Source of the DNA: a virus
Taxonomy: Duplodnaviria > Caudoviricetes
DNA length: 34,043 bases
Virus record (IMG/VR): IMGVR_UViG_3300032269_000057
Span: 1 to 34,043 of that record
Strand: one strand, 5' to 3'
Shown here: piece after piece, positions 1 to 6,805 of the stretch
How positions within the stretch are numbered: position 1 is the stretch's first letter
How the letters are laid out: each line of letters opens with the position of its first letter
Notes under the pieces: model-generated
What the model was told of the DNA's origin: nothing
Seen by the model: only the letters and a program-made list of their open reading frames with translations
The model's database searches: none
Made by a program: the position numbers and the translations under genes

Positions 1-123
1 GATGACCTTATTTGCCATGTAAATAGGGACTACCTTGTAAGCAATGGAATTAAATTTGCGCCAGAAGAATTAGCAAGGTATTTTTCTTATGAAAGAGAAA
101 TGTCAAACTTGCAAACCTTTGGC
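1..123. repeat. Terminal direct repeat, identical to 33921-34043 (circular assembly overlap)
   Basis: Exact 123-nt identity with the window end; a coding frame runs through the join. Confidence 0.97.
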
Positions 124-159
124 TTTCATGGGGAATTCCACATGGGCAAATACTTGTAG
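1..159 (+). CDS. 3' part of DUF5672-like (glycosyltransferase-like) protein wrapping the origin from 33525
   Basis: Frame 1 reads DDLICHVNRDYLVSNGIKFAPEELARYFSYEREMSNLQTFGFHGEFHMGKYL*, in frame with the ORF starting at 33525. Confidence 0.85.
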   Translation, partial: DDLICHVNRDYLVSNGIKFAPEELARYFSYEREMSNLQTFGFHGEFHMGKYL

Positions 160-165
160 TAAACT
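136..165 (+). promoter_or_regulatory. Possible sigma70-like promoter for the downstream structured region
   Basis: TTCCAC (136-141), 18 nt, TAAACT (160-165); would start transcription near 171, where the first stem begins. Confidence 0.35.
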
Positions 166-170
166 AACTG

Positions 171-370
171 TCCTATTTCGAGGCTCTAACGACATACCAG
201 GGAATAGGGAATTACAGCGCTACTGGGGGTAATGGTTGAAACAGCGCAAACATAGGTGGCGAAGATAGTGCCTATACCATGCAAGACTGTCGGGTGATGC
301 GACTCCTCAATGGAAGAACATTTGAAGGCAAACCTAGGTAGGCTAGGTGTGCTCAAACCTCTTGGAAGTG
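171..370 (+). ncRNA. Candidate structured non-coding RNA
   Basis: Stems 171-179/201-209, 217-221/243-247, 252-256/271-275, 289-292/300-303 and an extended hairpin 321-357; no plausible ORF; largest gene-free gap in the rightward operon. Confidence 0.55.
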
Positions 371-468
371 GTTTAAATACAACTAAGGGTTTTGGATAGT
401 AGACATTAGCCATAGAAGTAAAGAAACTAGAAATACTCAATAACGAGTAAACATTTAAGGGGATTTAA

Positions 469-786
469 ATGAAAGACTTTTTAGGTAGTTGTTTATTAGG
501 TGCATTGCTAGGTTGTATGTTTGCATACGGAGTACCAGCAAAAGCACAAGCTTTATATGGCCCAGCAGGGCAATATTTAGGCAACATTCAACAGTCTGGC
601 AATACTGCCAATTACTACGGCCCAGCAGGGCAATACCAAGGTAGCGCACAAACAAATGGTAATCAAGTAAACTTTTACGGTGCTGCTGGTCAATACCAAG
701 GCACTTACCAAGCGCCACAACCTACGCAATACACACCATACATACCGCCACAACCTGCACAACCTATACGCCCTTGGGGATATTAA
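469..786 (+). CDS. Putative exported protein with three YG(P/A)AGQY repeats and a Pro-rich tail
   Basis: AAGGGGA RBS; hydrophobic N-terminus ending AKA|Q; 20-aa repeat period. Confidence 0.8.
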   Translation: MKDFLGSCLLGALLGCMFAYGVPAKAQALYGPAGQYLGNIQQSGNTANYYGPAGQYQGSAQTNGNQVNFYGAAGQYQGTYQAPQPTQYTPYIPPQPAQPIRPWGY

Positions 787-959
787 TGACTACATTTACT
801 ACTGAAGATAGATTAGACGCTGAAAAACTAACGCAAGCTACCATTGTGATTACCGCCAAAGACAATGAAGTTGATGTTCATACCGAAGGTGAAGGTCAGG
901 CTTTGTTTATAGCTAACCTTATGGTGCAACTTGTAGACGAAAAGGTAAAAGGTAATTGA
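786..959 (+). CDS. Hypothetical protein (MTTFTTEDR...)
   Basis: ATG overlaps the upstream TAA (TAATG coupling). Confidence 0.7.
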   Translation: MTTFTTEDRLDAEKLTQATIVITAKDNEVDVHTEGEGQALFIANLMVQLVDEKVKGN

Positions 960-1075
960 GTTTTACCATTTATACGCATGATGGCATGAAAGTAATTCAA
1001 TGGTTTTTTAGTGTAGACGAGCTAATTAATAGCATGATTAATAACCCACTAGACAGGTATCACCGAAATGTTTGA
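956..1075 (+). CDS. Small hypothetical protein (39 aa, MSFTIYTHDGMKVIQWFF...)
   Basis: TTGA overlap with the upstream stop; fills the gap exactly and overlaps the next start; not in the ORF track. Confidence 0.5.
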   Translation: MSFTIYTHDGMKVIQWFFSVDELINSMINNPLDRYHRNV

Positions 1076-1439
1076 CGAATTTTGGGCGTTATATCCACGC
1101 AAAGTAGCCAAAGCTGTAGCCAGAAAAGCATTTGCTAGGCTTACTGAGCAACAGCAATTAGACGCTTGCAAAGCATTAGACGACCATATTATTTATTGGG
1201 ATATAAAAGAGATTGAGTTAGAATTTATACCCCACCCAGCTACTTGGCTAAACCAAGAGCGCTGGGAAGATGAATTGGTTATAGAACCTAAAAAGAAAAA
1301 AGAGTCTAAAGAATGGATGTTTAGTAATGAAGGTATTGAAGCTAAAGCAAGAGAATTGGGTATACCTAGTAACGGTTATGACACCTATGCAAGCCTTAAA
1401 GCCAAATGTATGAGCAAGCTAGGTTTGAGTGTGCTGTAA
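1068..1439 (+). CDS. Protein resembling the C-terminal domain of phage replication initiators/organisers
   Basis: FDEFWALYPRKVAK...A.KAF and FIPHPATWLNQERWEDE motifs typical of lambdoid replication-protein C-termini. Confidence 0.7.
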   Translation: MFDEFWALYPRKVAKAVARKAFARLTEQQQLDACKALDDHIIYWDIKEIELEFIPHPATWLNQERWEDELVIEPKKKKESKEWMFSNEGIEAKARELGIPSNGYDTYASLKAKCMSKLGLSVL

Positions 1440-1579
1440 GAGAGCTTTGTAGGCTTAGAAAAAACATGGGTTTAGCTAAATTTCGTGTTTACATAAGCAA
1501 GTCGCCAAATTTACACCAATTTTTAAACAGTTTTGTTGACCAGTATTCAAAGGGAAATAGGGGAACAGGGTGGAAATAG
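1406..1579 (+). CDS. Small hypothetical protein (57 aa, MYEQARFECAVRELCRLR...KGNRGTGWK)
   Basis: Open frame bridging 1439-1570; not in the ORF track. Confidence 0.65.
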   Translation: MYEQARFECAVRELCRLRKNMGLAKFRVYISKSPNLHQFLNSFVDQYSKGNRGTGWK

Positions 1580-1719
1580 AAAAAATTATTGTTGCTGCTA
1601 CTGGGTTAGGGTATTTGGTTGTAGGTATAACTCAATATTTTAAAGGTTCATTGTCTAACGGTTTAATTTGGGTTGGTTACGCTGCGGCCCAAATAGGGTT
1701 ATGGATGAACCTTAAATGA
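1570..1719 (+). CDS. Small membrane protein (49 aa, two hydrophobic segments)
   Basis: GTG start after AGGGGA; MEIEKIIVAATGLGYLVVG...GLIWVGYAAAQIGLWMNLK; ATGA overlap with the next gene. Confidence 0.7.
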   Translation: MEIEKIIVAATGLGYLVVGITQYFKGSLSNGLIWVGYAAAQIGLWMNLK

Positions 1720-2045
1720 AAGACTATGACCCTAATGATGCCATCGACTTTATCTTTAAAACTGCGCCTTTATATGCGAAAGCCAAAGGTCAACTCTCGG
1801 AATTGGAAACTTTTAAAAGTTCTCTTAAGGCGATTAAAATGGCGCAAACAGACGAACAAAGTTTGGGCGCTCAAGAACGAGAGGCTTATCGTAGCCAAGA
1901 GTACCAAGATTTATGCAAGGCAATTGGAACGGCTACAGAACAGACGGAAGCGTTGCGCTGGCAATTAGAGGCAGCCAAAATGCGTTTTGAAGCGTGGCGC
2001 ACAACTGAAGCAAGTAACCGTAATATTGAAAGATTAACTAAATGA
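1716..2045 (+). CDS. Coiled-coil hypothetical phage protein
   Basis: 109-aa ORF coupled on both sides; helical, AQEREAY and WRT.EA motifs. Confidence 0.8.
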   Translation: MKDYDPNDAIDFIFKTAPLYAKAKGQLSELETFKSSLKAIKMAQTDEQSLGAQEREAYRSQEYQDLCKAIGTATEQTEALRWQLEAAKMRFEAWRTTEASNRNIERLTK

Positions 2046-2266
2046 ACGCATTAGAATTGGCTAATGAATTAGAAAAAGACATTAATTGGATACAAGATGG
2101 ACTTGCTAGAAAATGGATTGTAGATATGTTACGCAAACAACAAATTGAAATTGAAGTGTTAAAAGCACAAATATTAGCGTGGGAAAACGCAGAAGTGCCA
2201 GTAGAAGTAATGGCTGACATTATTGTTGAATTAGAAAAGCGTGGGTTTATTGAAAAGGTACAATAA
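2042..2266 (+). CDS. Hypothetical protein
   Basis: ATGA overlap; 74 aa. Confidence 0.7.
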   Translation: MNALELANELEKDINWIQDGLARKWIVDMLRKQQIEIEVLKAQILAWENAEVPVEVMADIIVELEKRGFIEKVQ

Positions 2267-2268
2267 AA

Positions 2269-2445
2269 ATGACAGACTATTCTGAAAACTATTTGCGTAT
2301 ACAAAGACTATTAAGGTGCTACCACAACGCTACCCTTAAAAAACAATATGAAAAAGCTACATTAATAGCTAATGACTTAGCAGAAGAAACCATAAAATTA
2401 GAGTTTTCTACTTATGACCAAGTAAGGAAACAATGGCTAGGCTAA
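2269..2445 (+). CDS. Small hypothetical protein (58 aa, MTDYSENYLRIQRLL...)
   Basis: Fills the gap between 2266 and 2433; not in the ORF track. Confidence 0.65.
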   Translation: MTDYSENYLRIQRLLRCYHNATLKKQYEKATLIANDLAEETIKLEFSTYDQVRKQWLG

Positions 2446-2807
2446 TGCGTGACTCTAGCCCAACCCACATTGATTATGGGGATTTTGTAGGGTTAGTTAA
2501 TGCACCAGGGTTTACCCCTAGTAATGTAGACGGCATTGCAGAAACAAAAGGGCATTTTTTAATAATGGAATGGAAGCGCCCAAAAGAAAGCGTAAGTAAA
2601 GGCCAACAGTATATGTTGGAAGCATTAGCTAAAAAGCCCGACTTTAATGTTGTAATTATTCGTGGCGACACCGACAATGGTGTAAACATACAAAAATTTT
2701 ATGAAGTATTACCTACAGGCGGTTGTGAATTAATAGGTAATGGTTGGGAAGAATTTAAACAATATTACATAGGTTGGTTTAACACATTTAATGGCAACCA
2801 AAAATGA
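2433..2807 (+). CDS. Hypothetical protein with a PD-(D/E)XK-like motif
   Basis: NVDGIAE...FLIMEWK...SKGQ resembles a restriction-endonuclease-fold active site; AAGGA RBS. Confidence 0.65.
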   Translation: MARLMRDSSPTHIDYGDFVGLVNAPGFTPSNVDGIAETKGHFLIMEWKRPKESVSKGQQYMLEALAKKPDFNVVIIRGDTDNGVNIQKFYEVLPTGGCELIGNGWEEFKQYYIGWFNTFNGNQK

Positions 2808-3084
2808 AAAGAACGCTCTCAATAAGATTGCAAAACTCGGATGTATTTTATGTTCCGAACTCCTTGGGATTGAAGGCGGTTCGCCAGCAGAAATCCATCA
2901 TGTGCGGAGATATGGTGCTGTCAGGTCTACATCCCCTGTCTTGCCGTTATGCCCAGAACACCATAGGGGAAATAGTGGGGTTCACGGATTGGGTACAAAG
3001 GGCTTTGAAAATAAATGGGGCGTTACCTATGCGTGGCTCTTGGAGCGAGTTGACCAAAGACTTGGAAAAAGAATTAAGGAATGA
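2791..3084 (+). CDS. Ref-like (RecA-dependent, HNH-type) nuclease
   Basis: GCILC...AEIHH...LPLCPEHHRG...GVH Zn/His motifs. Confidence 0.75.
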   Translation: MATKNEKNALNKIAKLGCILCSELLGIEGGSPAEIHHVRRYGAVRSTSPVLPLCPEHHRGNSGVHGLGTKGFENKWGVTYAWLLERVDQRLGKRIKE

Positions 3085-3432
3085 CTAAAGCTCAAGAGGG
3101 TCAAAACCCAATTCAGACGAAATACGGAGCGCTCTATTACGAAACTCCTTATCGTGGTGAGTCCACTTGCTTGATTTGTGACGGCTCATGTGAATACATT
3201 CGTGGCACAAAACACGAATTACCGTGTCCAAGTGACCACAGCGAGCAGAAGAAATAGTCACAGTATGCTCATGCTTGTCACCGTCATCATATAAATAAGT
3301 ACCCATAGTATTAGGGTCTTTGTCTACAATAAAATGCACTTGCTCTGGTAGCGGCATATTCCAACGGTCAAACGGTTTCATACAGTAAATAGCGCTGTAT
3401 AAATTACGAAGAATGGCTGGTGTAAGTTTCAT
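3085..3432 (-). CDS. SprT-like zinc metallopeptidase domain protein
   Basis: VLCHECIH (HExxH) plus a downstream H..EF motif; ATGA overlap with the upstream gene. Confidence 0.7.
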   Translation of the reverse strand: MKLTPAILRNLYSAIYCMKPFDRWNMPLPEQVHFIVDKDPNTMGTYLYDDGDKHEHTVTISSARCGHLDTVIRVLCHECIHMSRHKSSKWTHHDKEFRNRALRISSELGFDPLEL

Positions 3433-4388
3433 ACTTGATGTATTTTGCCTCTAAATTCCACTTCATCCTCGCCCCATACCCTAATCATTTCAGGTTGTAA
3501 TAATTTGCTGCGCTCAAATGACAACATTACAAACCCTGAATTCCAATCTTTAGGAGTGTCCTCTGTATAGGCAAATTGTTGCCCATTGGGGTCACATAGC
3601 GTACCTGTTTGTACACCCCAACGAATACCGTTATAGTCGTTTACAGGCATAACTGACAAATGATGAGTATGTCCAGTAATCATATTAACGCCAGAATTAA
3701 GAGCATTTGCACGACCAGCGCCAAAACCACCTTTCCAACGATGTTTAATACAAGTGTCTTCATTAACCCAAAATGACCAACATGGTAGCCAAGCGGGAAA
3801 ATACTCTTTAAGGGTAGTGCCTCTCATACCTTCAAACGCGGGTAAGTTTTCAACAATTTTGCCTTCTAGCCTAGCGTCATGGTTTCCCAATGGAAAAAAC
3901 AATTTAGCACCTTTAGCAACCGCTTCAATTTCACCTAAGTAATATTGACAAGCCTCTAATTCTTCTTTAACTGTAGGCAGTTTATTCCAATCCATGCGTG
4001 GAAAGCGGCTAATAGAAGCACCGTCTAAAGCGTCACCGTTACAGACTATGGCTGTAGGTTTAAACTCTTTAATCATTTCAAGAAGGGCCTTAAATGCGGT
4101 AGTAGTATGGTCAGGCCAAAAATGAGCGTCAGAAAACACCATGACACGCCCTTTTTCTATGTCCATGCCTCTACGAGTGTTGCCTACGGTTTGCTCAGTT
4201 TTTCTATATTCGTTAAACCGCTTGTCGTCAAAAGAAAGTAATTCAACTTTAAGTCTTTGCTCAATAGAACGCCTACGGTTGTATACTGACCTTTCGGACA
4301 TTGCGTGGATTTTGGCAAAAGTTAATGGAGAACCAATGCGCTTCCATTCTGTAATGAATTCTTCATCTGTTAAATGATAAGCGCCCAT
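3429..4388 (-). CDS. Calcineurin-like metallophosphoesterase with an N-terminal HTH-like region
   Basis: SDAH, NGDALD, GNHD, GHTH motifs; AAGGGG RBS. Confidence 0.85.
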   Translation of the reverse strand: MGAYHLTDEEFITEWKRIGSPLTFAKIHAMSERSVYNRRRSIEQRLKVELLSFDDKRFNEYRKTEQTVGNTRRGMDIEKGRVMVFSDAHFWPDHTTTAFKALLEMIKEFKPTAIVCNGDALDGASISRFPRMDWNKLPTVKEELEACQYYLGEIEAVAKGAKLFFPLGNHDARLEGKIVENLPAFEGMRGTTLKEYFPAWLPCWSFWVNEDTCIKHRWKGGFGAGRANALNSGVNMITGHTHHLSVMPVNDYNGIRWGVQTGTLCDPNGQQFAYTEDTPKDWNSGFVMLSFERSKLLQPEMIRVWGEDEVEFRGKIHQV

Positions 4389-4434
4389 TGGCGACCCCTT
4401 ATACTTGTTAAGTTACTGAATACTAACCTAAAAT

Positions 4435-4734
4435 ATGGCATACGCTAAAAAAGTTGATAAAAACCAAGGTGATGTTGTTAAAGCACTACGAAGCATGGGT
4501 GCTGATGTATTTCTTTTGCACATGGTCGGTGGCGGTATACCAGACCTCATGGTTGCCTATGCTGGACACACTATTCTAATTGAAATTAAAGACGGTGAAG
4601 ATAAGAAATTGACCCCACAACAATTAACATTATTTGCTAATTGGAAGGGCGGACACCTAGCAAGGGTAAATTCCGTGCAAGAAGCTGAAGAACTGCTAAA
4701 ATGGATAGAAGATAATGAGGATTGCTATGACTGA
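4435..4734 (+). CDS. VRR-NUC-like endonuclease / resolvase
   Basis: GIPDLMV...LIEIK...LTPQQ motif. Confidence 0.8.
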   Translation: MAYAKKVDKNQGDVVKALRSMGADVFLLHMVGGGIPDLMVAYAGHTILIEIKDGEDKKLTPQQLTLFANWKGGHLARVNSVQEAEELLKWIEDNEDCYD

Positions 4735-5086
4735 TAATGTTGCTATGTTTGCTGCCACTTTGTTGCACTCAGCGACAAATACTCATTTTTTCCATTGGTC
4801 TACCAATTCCTATTCCCAACATAAAGCCCTAGGCAAATATTATGACGAAATTGTTGAATTGGTTGATGACTATGTTGAAGCCTACATGGGCTGTTACGAA
4901 CAAATTAAAAAGTTTCCTAGCGTATATCACCAGCCTAAAGAGCCGCTTGCTTACTTGGTTTCATTAAAGAATTTTGTCCAAGACGCTAACGCTGATTTGC
5001 CCCAAAAACAAGAATTGGTCAATATTGTTGCCGAAATCCAACAACTTATTGACTCAACCATTTATAAACTTAAATACCTAAAGTAA
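4727..5086 (+). CDS. Ferritin/Dps-like four-helix protein (DUF5856-like)
   Basis: HFFHWST.SYSQHKAL..YYD...D.YVE and terminal YKLKYL; GAGGA RBS favours the ATG at 4727. Confidence 0.75.
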   Translation: MTDNVAMFAATLLHSATNTHFFHWSTNSYSQHKALGKYYDEIVELVDDYVEAYMGCYEQIKKFPSVYHQPKEPLAYLVSLKNFVQDANADLPQKQELVNIVAEIQQLIDSTIYKLKYLK

Positions 5087-5095
5087 GGGTTTACC

Positions 5096-5278
5096 ATGCC
5101 ATTAGATAAATCAGGCAGCGCCCAAAGCGTAGGCAAAAACATTAAAACTGAGGTGGCAGCAGGTCGACCTAAGCGTCAGGCCGTAGCAATCGCTTTATCT
5201 GAAGAACGCAGTCACGCCAAAGGCAAGCGTAAAGCCAAACTTGAAGAACATTACGCTAAATACATAGAGTCAAAATGA
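5096..5278 (+). CDS. Small basic hypothetical protein
   Basis: MPLDKSGS...NIKTE...KRQAVAIALS; coupled to the next gene. Confidence 0.75.
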   Translation: MPLDKSGSAQSVGKNIKTEVAAGRPKRQAVAIALSEERSHAKGKRKAKLEEHYAKYIESK

Positions 5279-5457
5279 AAAACGGTCTTTATGCAAACAT
5301 TCATGCAAAGCAAGAACGCATTAAGCATGGGTCTAAAGAGCGCATGAGAAAGCCTGGCAGTAAAGGTGCGCCCACCACAGAAGCATTTAAAGAGTCTGCT
5401 AAGACTGCCAAGCCCACAAGAAAAGAAATGATTGCCTCAAAGATGAAGGATATGTAA
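5275..5457 (+). CDS. Small basic hypothetical protein
   Basis: GLYANIHAKQERI...MRKPGSKGAPT; ATGA overlap. Confidence 0.75.
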   Translation: MKNGLYANIHAKQERIKHGSKERMRKPGSKGAPTTEAFKESAKTAKPTRKEMIASKMKDM

Positions 5458-5678
5458 TGGAACACATGACACGCAAATACAAAAAAGAAGATGCTATGTT
5501 GCGCCCGCACAAAGAGTCAACGCTTGAGAAACAACAAAAGAAGCGTCAAGACCACAACCCTCCACTGGAATTAGATGAAAGCGGTATTCTCAATAAGAAA
5601 GCCAATGAGAGAATGAAGCGTAAAGAAGCATTGTCTAAGGCAATGAACAAATACCACGACCCTGATATTGTTGGATAA
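5457..5678 (+). CDS. Small basic hypothetical protein
   Basis: TAATG overlap, AAGGA RBS. Confidence 0.7.
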   Translation: MEHMTRKYKKEDAMLRPHKESTLEKQQKKRQDHNPPLELDESGILNKKANERMKRKEALSKAMNKYHDPDIVG

Positions 5679-5723
5679 TCTGTAGTAGAATTAAACCCTT
5701 ACAAATCAATTACTTGAGAATGT

Positions 5724-6053
5724 ATGGATAATAAACTGTCGAAGTCTGTAGAAAAGAACTTAAATAGGGCTGGAAGAAAGCCAGGAGTGCCTAATAAAGC
5801 CACTCAAGAGGCTCGTGAAGCCGTTAAAGCTATTCTTGATAGCAACCTACCATTTATTCAATCATGGATACAGCAGACCGCTGATGGCATATTTGACGAC
5901 CAAGCTGGCAAATGGATTGTTCAGCCTAACCCAGCCAAAGCTTGTGAGATTGTCCAAAACCTAGTTGAATACTCTGTACCTAAACTTGCAAGGACTGAAG
6001 TTGTAGGTGATGAGAAAGCCCCACAAAGAATGGTTATCTCTTGGAAAAAATAG
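5724..6053 (+). CDS. terS: Probable terminase small subunit
   Basis: GRKPGVPNK N-terminal motif, PKLARTE C-terminal motif, position upstream of terL. Confidence 0.7.
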   Translation: MDNKLSKSVEKNLNRAGRKPGVPNKATQEAREAVKAILDSNLPFIQSWIQQTADGIFDDQAGKWIVQPNPAKACEIVQNLVEYSVPKLARTEVVGDEKAPQRMVISWKK

Positions 6054-6805
6054 ACCTTAGACTAGGGGATTGTCTTGAGGTTATGAAGTCTTTGCCAAGC
6101 CAAAGCATTGATTTAACTGTTACAAGCCCTCCATACGATAATCTACGCACCTACAACGGATATTCGTTTGACTTTGAAGGCATAGCTAAAGAGTTATATC
6201 GAGTCACCAAAGATGGTGGAGTGGTTGTTTGGGTGGTAGGTGATGCCACAATCAATGGTTCAGAAACAGGCACATCATTCAAACAAGCCTTATATTTCAA
6301 AGAAATAGGATTTAATTTGCATGACACTATGATTTGGAATAAAGGTACATTTACTGCGGTTGGTGCGCTTACTAGTCGCTATGCGCCTGTATTTGAGTAT
6401 ATGTTTGTATTATCCAAAGGTCAGCCAAAAACATTTAACCCTATAAAAGACCGTCAAAACAAAACATTTGGAAGAAAAAATTACGGAACAATAAGGCAAA
6501 TAGACGGAACTACAAAACCCATGTCTAACATTGGAAAACCTGTTGCTGAGTATGGTCAAAGACATAATGTATGGGAATTAACACCTGAAAAAAGTAATTC
6601 AAATAGATTACATCCTGCTATGTTTCCAGAGTCATTGGCACATGACCACATTGTTTCTTGGTCAAATGAAGGTGACACAGTATTAGATTGCTTTCTTGGT
6701 AGTGGTACTACAGGCAAAGTAGCCAAGCAATTAAATCGTAAATTTATAGGCATTGAAATAAGCCCTGAATACCTAGAAATAGCCTCAAAACGCATATATG
6801 GATGA
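6041..6805 (+). CDS. Orphan N4-cytosine/N6-adenine DNA methyltransferase (beta class)
   Basis: TSPPY catalytic motif N-terminal, HPAMFP, and VLDCFLGSGTT SAM-binding motif C-terminal. Confidence 0.92.
   Translation: MEKIDLRLGDCLEVMKSLPSQSIDLTVTSPPYDNLRTYNGYSFDFEGIAKELYRVTKDGGVVVWVVGDATINGSETGTSFKQALYFKEIGFNLHDTMIWNKGTFTAVGALTSRYAPVFEYMFVLSKGQPKTFNPIKDRQNKTFGRKNYGTIRQIDGTTKPMSNIGKPVAEYGQRHNVWELTPEKSNSNRLHPAMFPESLAHDHIVSWSNEGDTVLDCFLGSGTTGKVAKQLNRKFIGIEISPEYLEIASKRIYG

Noticed and set aside
255-292. Group I intron core (AAGATAGT and AGACT resemble S and R elements)
   Set aside because: Order is reversed, no P7 could be built and no interrupted gene flanks it
186-440. 84-aa minus-strand ORF over the structured region
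   Set aside because: Opposes the operon direction, no RBS or recognisable motif; base-pairing explains the region better
6041-6805. Complete restriction-modification system
   Set aside because: No adjacent cognate endonuclease; the MTase is flanked by terminase genes
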